Source: Octopus sinensis (lineage: Eukaryota). Taken from it: 64,000 bases of DNA. The DNA is taken from the NCBI RefSeq assembly GCF_006345805.1, contig NC_043012.1, positions 52,514,001-52,578,000 of the forward strand, in the 5' to 3' direction. Both the position numbers and the translations under genes were made by a program. The notes below the pieces were generated by a model that saw only the letters and a list, made by a program, of their open reading frames with translations, was not told the DNA's origin and did no database searches. Every line of letters begins with the position of its first letter. The first letter of the stretch is position 1. This document shows, piece by piece, positions 51,981-64,000 of the stretch.

Positions 51981-53376
51981 TCTAGTAAAATTTGAACGTT
52001 TGTATTTGTACATACTTATATAAGGTATACATGATATAAACTGCATTTGAATGTATGTGCTATCGTCTTGAGACTTAAATCGAATTCGTCTAATATTTAG
52101 GAAATTTTATTCGAACCGTGCAAATACAACTCACCTAATGGTTAATTGCCTCATGTTAAAAATCATACAAATTCTGAAAGAACTAATATTAGAGCCAATT
52201 TTCTACGGTTTTCATTCTCTCACAGGTAATTGTATGTATTTCGAAGAAATTAATCTTAATTCTTGATCTAAGTAGGTATCTTGGGATGATGGCTGTAGAT
52301 TTTGAACAGAAGAACTTTATATTTCTTCTTCTTATAATCTAAATCTTAGTTGGCTTATTTTGTCACTCACTTCAAAACAACAAGCTAGTCATCGGTCGTT
52401 GTTATTAGATACGTTCGTATTACAACCATTCGGGTCAGTTCTCCGATCTGAGTATAACTGCAACGGTGCTTCTCAACAAACTCGGACACCCTGAAAAGGA
52501 ACATCAGTCCCGCATCTCTATCTCTTAGCATGCCATTAATTAAAGGAGCTGCAATCGGTAAATCTTTCCATACAACTGGAAAATACAATAATACACATTT
52601 CGCGATTTCGCGTGTAGCTAGATGACCTTGTGGTTAAGATGGTTGGCTAACGAACAAAAGATCGTTATTTTAATTCCTTGATCGAACGGCGTGTGGTATC
52701 CTTATGCAAAAACTTCACTTCAGGCTGTTTCGATCTTTTCAGTTTCAAATGGATACATGTCAGGGGTTGATGCAGGTCTCGGTATCTCTCTCTCTCCATC
52801 TAGATGTGCCGCCTTATTGTGCTGCCTAGTTGTGTCGCCAGGTAAGAGGTGAGGGAATGAAGAACACATCTACCTCTACTCGAGAATACATGAGCACTTG
52901 AAGCAATTAACGGAATAATAGCACATATTCTTTTCTACTCTAGGTACAAGGCCCAACATTTTGAGGGAAGGGGACCAGTCGATTAGATCGACCCCAAAAT
53001 GATGGAACTGAAAGAAAAAGAGCATTGAGTCATTTATGAAGTTATATTTCTTGTATTATTTTCATTCAAACATATTATTATGTTCATTATAAAGTCCGTT
53101 ATGAATGTATTTGTTGTTAAAAATTAACTGTCGCATTAAATGAATGTTTGTTTTTGCATTTTTATAAGACGTACCTAATAATTTAGGACGGTAAAAATGA
53201 CGCCTATTAACAAAAATGGCCAATGTTTCTTTACGCATGGGTGGATCAGACTTATTTTAGTACAGTACATGCAGATGGGTGTTATCATCATACGGTGAAA
53301 AGATATCTGTATTTGATCGAATAAATACTCGGTTATTGCAAAAAGACTGAGCTGCCTAATAGTTTGACATGCAGTG

Positions 53377-53379
<3 letters not shown>

Positions 53380-53408
<29 letters not shown>

Positions 53409-53640
53409 CATACATACATACATACATACAAATATACATACATAAATACATACATACATACATCGTACATACATACGTACATACATACGTACATACATAC
53501 ATACATACATACATACATAAATACATACATACATAAATACATACATACATACATACATACATACATACATACATACATACATACATACATACATACATAC
53601 ATACATACATAAATACATACATACATACTGACATACATAA
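53380..53640 (+). repeat. (ACAT)n array
   Basis: Direct reading. Confidence 0.95.
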
Positions 53641-53997
53641 ATATCTTTTTGAAAACTGCTTCGAGACCTCCATGAACAACTATGAACAACTGCTTCGAGA
53701 CGTCCAATTTCTATATCCAGACTATGAATTTATATTAATACCAATAATAATTGGAGCACTTGGCTTTGTTACTAAATGTTTAAAGGAGAACCTGGATGAA
53801 CAGGGATTTTCAGAAAGAGCAATCGATCGGCTAATTCGTACATTACAAGTGCAATCTGTGAATGGAACAGTAAAAGTGTGCAAGACTTCTCTCAAGTTCC
53901 AAATGTGTAAACTACATCCCAAAAGTGGAGCCTAGTATCTTTGTTGGAAACCGACTCCTTCCTCAGTGGAAGATTTATAATAATTAAAAAACTAGAA
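53641..53997 (+). mobile_element. 5'-truncated RLE-type (R4-like) LINE 3' end inside (ACAT)n
   Basis: NYEQLLRDVQFLYPDYEFILIPIIIGALGFVTKCL..LQVQSVNGTVKVCK carries the P(I/V)IIGALG RLE C-terminal motif. ACAT repeats resume at about 53998. Confidence 0.8.
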
Positions 53998-54744
53998 TAC
54001 ACATACATACATACACATATAAACACACATAGATACATGTGTATATGAGTGCAGGTAGATACGTATGTACTAATATATGCAAAACTAATCTGCTACTAAT
54101 CCTAAACATTACGTCATTTGTATTGTAATCATTTGCTGGAGTTAGCACTTACCTAGTAACTCCAGAGATGGATAAAAGGATAAAGACCCCCTTCTGCCAT
54201 GAATGACCATGGTATTGTACCTAGAAAGTTATTCTCGGAGGTAATACTCCGGGCAAGGTTTTTTTGAATAAGATCAGAAGTTGCCCATGCCATCTCCACA
54301 CCACGGATGTTATCTAAGTAAAAGAGAAAGACAAAGGCAAAGGCTGGGCGAGGAACATAACTAATACGTCTGGGAAGCCTTATCTTATGTAATGAAATGT
54401 ATCGTAAGAGCGCCGCTGAAACCTTCCTTCATATATTAAGTATTTAGCATGATTATGACTACAACCATGAGATCGAAATTCGGCCATCCGAAGCAATTTT
54501 TGACGTCTGTAGACAGTTCCGAGCAGCGGAAAGTTCTTTACTTGATCGCAGTCCTTCTAGAAATACCAATCTATAGACATTACAAAAACAGAGCGCCATT
54601 TTAAGAAAAGACAGATGAGATGGTATCTGATTATATGCTTAGGGGATGCTTTTGATCATAGGTTCGGAAATGAAAGTATCCCGAGATCCGAATGATTTCG
54701 GATCAGGATTACTATATATACAATCACTTGGCTTATTTTAGTTA

Positions 54745-55100
54745 TTAAATTGCTGTCATGCCGAAGTACCACCTTGAAGCAGTTGTCTCAACAACTCGAC
54801 TCTAGTATTTATTCTTCTTAAGTTTGATGCTTACTTTTATGTGCTCTAATGCCGAACCACTAAGTTACGGAGGTTAAACAAGACAATACCAGTTTTCAGG
54901 CGAAGTGGACACACAGACATACACACACAAGAACACACACACACGTACAGCGTTCCCGTTAACACACATTCACTCACAAGGCATTAGGCGACTTTGAGCT
55001 ACAGTAGAAGTCACATACACATGATGCCGCTCAGTAGGACTGAAACCCAAACCTTGTTGCTGCAGAGCGAACTTCTTCGCCACAGAGCCATACTTGCGCT
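54745..55100 (-). mobile_element. Old degenerate SINE-B
   Basis: GCCGAACCACTAAGTTACGG and CACTCACAAGGC blocks. Confidence 0.65.
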
Positions 55101-55156
55101 TATATAGGTATGTATCTATAAATGTGTGTGTTTGTGTATCTATGTATTTATTTCAT

Positions 55157-55257
<101 letters not shown>

Positions 55258-55949
55258 TTCATATATATATACATATATATTTATATAGATACATGTATGT
55301 ATGTATGTATGTATATACGTATGCATGTATGCATATATGTATACCCTTCAGTGCAGGCTACCATAGCTAAGGAGGTGGTGAGCCGACAATAATGTATAAT
55401 CGATTGAAATTAATTATTAACGCAGTTAGGAAAAAAATGTCATTAGCGTAATTCTTAGTTCTTCTCTGTTCTCTTTTCTCTTTTTCTCATTCATTTTGAC
55501 TTCTAATTAAATGCCCAAAATATTTCTATTTTCTCTCTTTGATGATGTCTAATAAAATTTTCTTCGTTTTCGCCATTCTTAGAAATTCGTCATTGTTGCG
55601 TGTTCTGGCATTGATATTCACAAACGTTTTCTATGTGACCGTATTTTGATCCGTTAATGATCCATTGAATTAAGCGAGGGATCCCTGGGCCAATGACGAA
55701 ACATCAGTTCCGCTAGAAATAGCAGTCAGTTCTCCGTCTCAAGAAGTGTGAGTGGCATATATGAAAATGTCGCAGGTGTACAAAAAGGTGGAATACTCAT
55801 GGCAGGATTGTCGTTGATTACTGGTGAGGACCAATCCAGAGGATGGAAGTTAAACAACAATGGAATATGTAGGCCAATTTTGAAAAGAAAATATGGGGAG
55901 TCGCAATCGAAATTATAGTCCAAGGCCTGGAATTCATTTGTCTATTCAG

Positions 55950-56775
55950 GTTGCGAGCTGGCAGAAACGTTAGCACGCCGGGCGAAATGCTTAGCGGTAT
56001 TTCGTTTGTCGTTACGTTCTGATTTCAAATTCCGCCGAGGTTGACTTTACCTTTCATCCTCTCGGGGTCGATAAATAAAGTACCAGTTACGCACTGGGGT
56101 CGATGTAATCGACTTAATACCTATGTCTGTCCTTGTTTGTCCCCTCTATGTTTAGCCCCTTGTGGGTAATAAAGAAATAGGTATTTCGTCTGTCGTTACG
56201 TTGTGAGTTCATATTCCGCCAAGGTCAACTTTGCCTTTCATCCTTTCGGGGTCGATAAATTAAGTACCAGTTACGCACTGGGGTCGATGTGATCGACTTA
56301 ATCCCTTTCTCTGTCTTTGTTTGTCCCCTCTATGTTTAGCCCCTTGTGGGCAATGAAGAAATAAGAAACGTTAGCACGCCGGGCGAAATGCTTAGCGGTA
56401 TTTTGTCCGCCTTTACGTTCTGAGTTCAAAATTCTGCCGAGGTCGACTTTGCCTTTCATCCTTTCGAGGTCAATAAATTAAGTATCAGTTATGAAATGGG
56501 GTCGATGTAATCGACTTAATCCCTTTGTCTCTATTTGTTTGTCCCGTCTATGTTTAACCCCTTGTAGGTAATAAAGAAAATAAGAAACGTTAGCACGCCG
56601 GACAAAATGATTACTAGCATTTCGCCTGTCTTTACGTTCTGATTTCAAATTCCACTGATGTCGAATTTGCTTTTCATTCTTTCGGTGTCGATAAGATAAG
56701 TACCATTTGAGCACTAGGGTCGATGTCATCGATTTATTCCCTTCGCCGACATTACTGCCCTTGTGTCAAAATCTG
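55950..56775 (+). mobile_element. SINE-A tetramer (three tail-1 units, then a diverged tail-2 unit)
   Basis: Junctions AAGAAATAG|GTATTTCG (about 56180) and AAATAAG|AAACGTTAGC (about 56366, about 56584). Confidence 0.9.
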
Positions 56776-56904
56776 AAATCAATTACTACTAACCTTTGGC
56801 TAAACAACAATAACATCAACGACATTGTCCATTCATTATTTATTTTATGATATGCAGAGCGTTTTCCCCTAAACGTTTATTGAAAGTATTTTGGTTTTAA
56901 AGAG

Positions 56905-57097
56905 GCGCAGCAGTGACTGTGTGGTAAGTAGCTTGCTTACCAACCACATGGTTCTGGGTTCAGTCCCACTGAGTGGCATCTTGGGCAAGTGTCTTCTACT
57001 ATAGCCTCGGGCCGACCAAGGCCTTGTGAGTGGATTTGGTAGAGGGAAACTGAAAGAAGCCCGTCGTATATATGTATGTATATATATATATATATAT

Positions 57098-57138
<41 letters not shown>

Positions 57139-57342
57139 CTGTGCTTGTCCCCCCAATATCGCTTGACAACCGATGCTGGTGTGATTGCGTCTCGTAACTT
57201 AGCGGTTCGGCAAAAGAGACCGATAGAATAAGTACTAGGTTTACAAAGAATAAGTCCTGGGCTCGATTTTCTCGACTAAAGGCGATGCTCCAGCATGGTC
57301 GCAGTCAACTGACTGAAACATGTAAAAGAGAGTAAAAGAGAG
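56905..57342 (+). mobile_element. SINE-B full-length copy
   Basis: Collinear with 42201-42645. Confidence 0.9.
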
Positions 57343-57377
57343 ATGCCGAGAGTCAGATAAATCTTTGCACTGAATCC

Positions 57378-57475
57378 AAATACCTATTTCTTTATTACCC
57401 AGAAGGGGCTAAACACAGAGGGGACAAACAAGGACAGACATAGGTATTAAGTCGATTACATCGACCCCAGTACGT
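57378..57475 (-). mobile_element. SINE-A tail-1 fragment ending at the stereotyped junction
   Basis: AATACCTATTTCTTTATTACCC..GTCGATTACATCGACCCCAG. Confidence 0.8.
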
Positions 57476-58921
57476 AAATGAAGTCAAGCTTGCTTTTCAT
57501 TCCTTCGAGGCTGACTGTCGTATACTGGAATATATTATTCCCTTCATCCTTACAGTCTTTCTCACCCCTATCGCTCTCTCTCTCTTATTCTCTCGCTTCC
57601 CCTTCTCGCTCTTTCACCCTTTCCCGCGCTCTCTCACTTCCATTCTATCATTCTTCGTCTAGTTCCCGCTTTAGAAAGAAAATCAGCCGTGCTAGATATG
57701 GACGTGAACGGGCTTCGTCATTTTTAAAAGATGTGCAGGACATGCCGTATGTCATGACTGCATTTCAGCAATTCAGTCAAGCATGGGTGGGACAGTATTT
57801 CTTTACAGATAAACTAGCTCATTCTTTATCAGATACTTATTATCGTTGTTTCGTTCCACATTTGCCCTGAGATAGTTAAGCCAAGATCAGTGATGCTCCT
57901 GCTATGGCAAACTGACTCGATTATACAGTATATTTAGTTTTACATTTTACAATGTGTCGTTCTTCTTTAAGAGTTGTGAGATATTTTACTGTTATTTCTA
58001 GAGTTTTGGGTAACTACTTTGATCCTTCCCTCACCCCATCTGCAGTAACGGATTACTAAAGCTCATGATGGTAGCTATTCTATTCATCCGAGACGTATCT
58101 ATGCTAATGTTTTTTAACTCTCAAATAACTAAATCTATAAGGAATGGAATGCCACAGTGGATCAAAACAGCTAACGAATTAACGAGCACTTTAGAGCATA
58201 CGACAAATTCTCTTGCAGTATGTGTTCCAGCTGTTTTTACACTCTGAATTCAAATTCTATCGGAGTCAGATTTGTCTTTTATTCTTTGGAAATTGATAAA
58301 TTAAAATACCAACTCGGGGCAGTGGAACGGCAGAATTGATACAGTGCTGGTATCTGCCCTAGCTTTTTACGTTCTGAACTTTAGCCTGGTGGACTTAGTC
58401 CGTCGCTCAATTTAATACCACTGACACAATCACTCTTCCTTATCGCGTCTTCAGGCGTGCTGGCTCCGTTGGAAGCATTGCAGGCAGATATCCGATTTGA
58501 GCTTAACGTCCGCTTTTCTTTTCAATAGATTTGAACATCCAGAAAAAATACGTCTCATAGACGTTGCCCTCCCTTCCACGATGAGTAGTAAAGGGAAATC
58601 TTTATAAAGTTGGGGTATGATGTGTAACCGAGAAATACTGCATGAGATTGAAGTAATGTGTTGAAATTGATACTACAAAGTTGATTTGCCGAAGATAACC
58701 TACAGTTAAAGCAATTCTACGAGATCGAACGACTTGCTAGAAATGGCAACTAAATCGTCTTCATATTTCATCAGACGTTCTTAATTGTAAAAGTAAACAC
58801 TGTTAGTGCAGTCTAAGGCGTCCTACAAAATAGTAAATCTTGACGCCAACAAGCGCAATTCTATGAGGTCGAACAACTTGCTAGAAACGTCAACCAGATC
58901 TACCTGGGATAATATCGCATA

Positions 58922-59112
58922 TCTATTAAATAAAATCCGTTCTGTCTGTGTGTGTGTGTATGTCTTCTAGGATCTCGAGCATCCTCCATCCGATTGCGCT
59001 GAAATTTGATATGTAGATACCGACGGTATCAGGGCTTGTATAAGTCTTGAAACAATTACAAAAATCGATTCCAGGTGAGAATGCGATCGATAAAGCCACG
59101 GGAACGTGCATA
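58922..59112 (+). mobile_element. Short non-autonomous Helitron-like element
   Basis: A|TC start, TCTAT..AATAAAAT then (TG)n, CCGATT..GAAATTTG block, 3' AAGCCACGGG..GC end resembling small invertebrate Helitrons. Terminal CTAG not intact. Confidence 0.5.
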
Positions 59113-59872
59113 TTTGTGTGAATAAAATCGTTTTTCTTTGGAATAGAAAGAAAAGTCTATCTTTATTTCTTCTTTTGCTGGTGTCTCAAATTTAGGTTAA
59201 ATCAGTGTTTCTCAAAGGGGAGGCCTATGGGATGGTTGGACAAGGTGTTTTGAGAAAATTTGATTTAAATGTTTGACAACTCAGCACCGTCCATTGGACG
59301 GGGGGCGTTTTGCTCGTTCTTAAATATAGAAGGATACAGTGATCAGGTAAATGGGAATTCTTGGTCAAAACTATTTTCATCTTTTCACAGCTCTGCTGGA
59401 TCACAATTGACCAGAGTTTAAACAACTACATCTTCAAGTACATCTCTATCACCATCCAATACAAAAAGTGACAAGATATATAAATATAACTATCTTCTTT
59501 TACGCTGTTAGTATAAGGTGAATCTCGGCTCAACCACTTTTAAATCATTTTCCATTCATAAGTTGTATTTCAATTATTTAAAATATAAACACAATTATTC
59601 CCTAAGCCATGGATTTTTTATTTATAGCGAACAATGGATGTTTCTTTCTTCCTTGAATGGCAGTTAGGATGACACATTTCTGAAATTAGTTTCGAACCGA
59701 TCTCTTTTCAATGTCACTTTGACCTTTCATTGAGTAACGTAACAAATAAGAGGAAAAAATAATAATAAAAAATAAATAAAAACGTGATCATCAACATTTT
59801 AAATAGCGAACTGTAATATTTTCTTTTCAACCAAGTGGAAAGGATTTTATCTGGCATTGCCAAATTAGTTTT

Positions 59873-60010
<138 letters not shown>

Positions 60011-60459
60011 TCTCTCTCCCGCTTTCCCTCATTCCTTGTTTTTATCTCTCACCCTCTATACCTCTCTCCCACTTTATACAACTTAACCTCTCTACATCTC
60101 TCAATCTCTGTATTTCTTTATCTTTTACCCTTCCTGTATAAATGTCTCTCCCTCTCTATTTCAACCACCCCTTTTCAATGTTCCATTTCTCCTTCCTTAG
60201 TTCTTATTTTTCCTATCTATCTCTCTGTCTATCTCTCAATCTATCTATCTATCTATGTCTTTTTATCTTCCTCTCTTTCGCTCTGTGATTAAATGATACC
60301 AAACGCAAAGAGGAGGAAAAAAATACATGAAGAGTTTCTCTGTATTCAATCAATAACAAAATTGCTTTGATTTTCGTAAATGTTATTTATTCAAATGTCT
60401 GCGATATATATTTTTTTCTCCAATCATGGATTAATCTTTTTACTGAGGGGGAAACACAG

Positions 60460-60681
60460 ACACACACACACAAGCACACACACAAGCACACACACACACG
60501 CACCAACACACACAAACACATACATGTATATATGTGTATGTGTATATATATATATGTGTTGCATATATATACATATATATATATGTGTGTGTGTATATAT
60601 ATATATGTGTGTGTATGTATACGTGTGTGTATATATGTGTATGTATACGTGTGTGTATACGTGTGTGTATATGTATGTGTG

Positions 60682-60730
<49 letters not shown>

Positions 60731-60740
60731 ATATATATAT
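60460..60740. repeat. (CA)/(TA)/(TG) compound microsatellite
   Basis: Direct reading. Confidence 0.9.
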
Positions 60741-61262
60741 AATTCCCTTTCAATAAAAGAAACGAATAGAAAGTAATTTTGGTTCTGATGGGAGTTTGTA
60801 GTAATAGGGAACCGACCGTCTAATGTAAAATCAATTAAGTTTGTTTTGTCAATAAGGGTTTATGCGCATGCCACATCCAGTTATATTGATACCTAATCCA
60901 TTTTCAAAGCTGAAAAATGAAACTATGAATTGAAAGTTTTGCTTTCGGTAATAAAATTGCCAATATGTCAGTCAAATTTTATAACTTTTTAAACACTCTC
61001 AGCACTAATATGTTTTGTTTTATTTTGTTTTTCTGTAATCGTTTTCGGTTTCCAACTGATAACTGGCTGAATCCCGAGGCTTGCCATTACATTTCATTGA
61101 ATAATTATAAATTTTATAACGAGGCTGAATACTAGGAATGATACAGTGGTGAAAAGTCAAATATTTTCATCGTTTAGTCGCACCTATCTGTGATATGTGT
61201 TTATATCCTGTCAGAGTGGTATCCAATTTGCATCCCTGTTGCGTAGTTAAAACGTACAAACA

Positions 61263-61465
61263 TAGGCGCAGATGTGGCTGTGCGATAAGAATTTTATTTC
61301 GCCAACCACGCAGTTTCAGGTTTAGTCCTACCACGTAGTGCCTTGGACAAGTATTTTCCATTATAAATCCGAGCTGCCCAAAGCCTTGTGAGTGGATTTG
61401 GTAGCCGGAAACTGAAAGAAGGTCATAGTTCGTGTGTATGTGTGTGTGCGCGCGTGTGTGTGCGC

Positions 61466-61501
<36 letters not shown>

Positions 61502-61685
61502 TGTGTCTGAGAGAGAAAAAGAAGCAACCACTTGCCAACTGGTGTCGATTTGTTTACCATCCCGTACCAAACTTTGAACAATAAGATGTTCTGGTGTTAA
61601 TTTCTTGAACGAAAATCCTCCTGCTTGGTGCCCCAGTATGGCCGCAGCCCAATAACTGAAGCAGGTGAAACGAAAATGTAAAACA
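61263..61685 (+). mobile_element. Diverged SINE-B
   Basis: AGGCGCAGATGTGGCTGTG head; CCTTGTGAGTGGATTTGGTAG; tail GGTGCCCCAGTATGGCCGCAG. Confidence 0.8.
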
Positions 61686-61892
61686 ACACATGAAAGTCTA
61701 GTTTTTAAAAAAGACAAGAGATGGCTTGGCAGAAATGAAAGAGCGTCTGAAAGAGACGTTTAGTTACGTCTTTTACGTTCTGATATATTTGTCAACAGAA
61801 TACGTATGAGTTGGGTACTAGATCGATTCAATCACTACCAGCACAACCCATCGAAAACAAAATCAATATTTATCACATGCTGATGGATAATT

Positions 61893-62380
61893 GTGATCAC
61901 CGAAAGATTAATCAAATGATGTATTCATTAGTGCGCGTCTGGAATAAACAGCAAGTACTAGGGAAATTAAATCACTAGTTATAATCGAACGCTGCTGTTA
62001 TGATAACATAGAGATCGAATGATCCATTGATCAAATACTATCATGAGAATCCTGATCGCCGAAAGATGAATAAATTGATCTATTCATTAGTGTGTATAAT
62101 AATTAAACAGCAATTACTAGGGAAATGAAATCACTAGTTATAATCGAACGCTACTGGTATAATGACATAGAGATCGAAAGTTCCAATGATAAAATACTAT
62201 CATGAGAATCCTGATCGCCGAAAGATTAATCAATTAATCAATTCATTAGTGTGTGGAATAAATAAATAGCGAGTACTAGGGAAATTAAATCACTAGTTAT
62301 AATCGAACGCTGCTGATAGAGATCGAATGATCCATAGATCCATAGAGATCGAATGATCCATTGATCAAATACTATCATGA
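61893..62380. repeat. 159-bp tandem repeat, about 3 units
   Basis: CCGAAAGAT at 61900, 62059 and 62218; CTAGGGAAAT.AAATCACTAGTTATAATCGAACGCT in each unit. Confidence 0.88.
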
Positions 62381-62744
62381 CGGCATCTATGTAATTCTTG
62401 AACATATTTTTATTATCCCTTTTCATTCCTGCAGTCCCATTTAAACATTCTAAATATATATATTATTTACAAGGGAGCAATTATTTAAAAAAAATATGAG
62501 CTTGAAAGTTCGTATTCACACAGTTTGGTTTGTTACAGATAGCGGGCTTTTTAGCCTCTTGATATTATATGCATTAGAACAACCCTTTAAAAGAAGAAAC
62601 AGCCAAATCTCTATCATACCTGTTTATACTAACTAAAAAATGTTCCGTTGCATTATATAATGTTAGATGCCCTATAGCTAAAAAAAACAGGGGGGGGGGC
62701 TTGATAGTTACTGCTGGTATGTTTTAGTAAATATTAATTTCTAA

Positions 62745-62890
62745 TTCTGGTGCATGACCAGTAATGTATGGGCGGGACGTCAGTCGATTACATGCATCAC
62801 AATACTTGACTGGAATCTTTTATTCACTCCGGATGGATGAAAGCAGAGTTGAGGCCGGCTGGATTTGAATTTAGAAGGTAAAGAGACAAA
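62745..62890 (-). mobile_element. Old degenerate SINE-A
   Basis: AGTCGATTACAT..GGATGAAAGCAGAGTTGA..GGATTTGAATTTAG similarity. Confidence 0.55.
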
Positions 62891-63727
62891 AGAAAATAAA
62901 TCTGCCTTTCAATAAAACCACAATTTTTCTCTACGTTTGCCTTCTGATTTTTTTTTTTTCTTTTTGCCATTTCTGTTCTACAGTCTTTAAGTAAACATTG
63001 ACGTTATCACTAACGCTAAACCTGATCATGAACCGTACCTGTTAATTCTGATTTAAACGGGAATTTTCACCCTAAATATTATCCCCTGTTAACCCCCTTG
63101 CCCAAACTAAAAATAATTGAGGAATATACTCTGTTGATCCATCTGATCATCGATAGATGATTCTTTCGGCCAATATATCAGGTTAGGTGTCCCAACACTA
63201 AAACTATCCATGGTTTTATGCTTCTCGGCGTTTCTTGAGCGGTCGAACACATCTGTCGATATGCAAGGACAGGCGCAGAGAAGTAAAGCATAAAACTTTA
63301 AGCCTTAGTACTACTAATTTTAATATTTAAGCAGATAGCATATTGTCAGTCATTGGAGCATCAGTTGAAATACTTAATTGTACTCATTCTTGCATTCTGA
63401 GTTCAAAGTCAGACTGATTAAGCGTATCACCCAAGTAAACTGTGTTGGTAGGGAACGAACTGAGAACGCGCCGAGACGGAGCAAATACTGTAAGAGTATC
63501 CAATGCTTTTGTTTATAATTCTGCCAATTCTATGCCAAGGATTGGTTCATTACTTTCAAAAGACAAAACGCCTGCTTCACTTCAATGAGAACTGAACTGG
63601 CGGTGAGACGTTCAGTCCGACGTACAATGACTCTGCCTGTTTGCCACCTTGACCGTCTTTATGAATTGACTCAATTAGTTAAAGATGACACATTCTTGTG
63701 ATTAAGCATGGATCCTGTTGTTGAAAG

Positions 63728-64000
63728 GGATCTTTTCCCTTTGAACGGCAGATCGAGAAATTAATTTTTTGTAGCTAAACACTTTCAAACTTCATATACT
63801 GGTAGAATGTGTCATATAAAACATATTTTAGTCTTAGCGTTTTTGAGAAAAGTTTATATTTACGAGGTTATTTCGTGTTAAAGTTGTCATATTTCGGTAA
63901 TTTCAACCAATCAATGACATATATTCAGCTGAATAAAATTACTGCCACTGTTTGTCAACAACAAATAACAGAGGTGTATTTTTCGTTTGTCACTGTTATT
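63728..64000. mobile_element. Diverged relative of the 23-bp-TIR MITE, running off the window end
   Basis: GGATCTTTTCCCTTTGAACGGCA start; ACTGGTAGAATGTG and TTTCAACCAATCA blocks shared with the 45507 copy. Confidence 0.75.

Noticed and set aside
59203-59260. CAGTGTTTCTCAA, a Charlie/hAT-like terminus
   Set aside because: No matching opposite TIR or 8-bp TSD found in the window.

Overview
AT-rich metazoan DNA, most likely Octopus (inferred from recalled SINE families, microsatellite load and TTAGGG repeats). I find no supportable host protein-coding exon, so the window reads as intronic or intergenic. Nearly all supplied ORFs are microsatellite artefacts. It is a dense transposon landscape: three tRNA-derived SINE families (called SINE-A, -B, -C here), decayed LINEs (RTE-like, R4/Dong-like, Tx1/L1-like, CR1-like), Penelope-like GIY-YIG fragments, mariner/Tc1 relics, MITEs and a Helitron-like element. 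The most notable hidden structure is five unrelated inverted repeats, each carrying a type-I hammerhead ribozyme motif that reads outward from the centre and usually has a self-complementary helix III. One is a perfect 126-bp inverted repeat with two intact-looking hammerheads (28569-28874). Other highlights: SINE-A recurs as TSD-flanked dimers and tetramers with stereotyped junctions, an RLE-type LINE sits inside an (ACAT)n array, and a MITE family carries TTAGGG-like repeats. All assignments were read by eye; no database searches were run.
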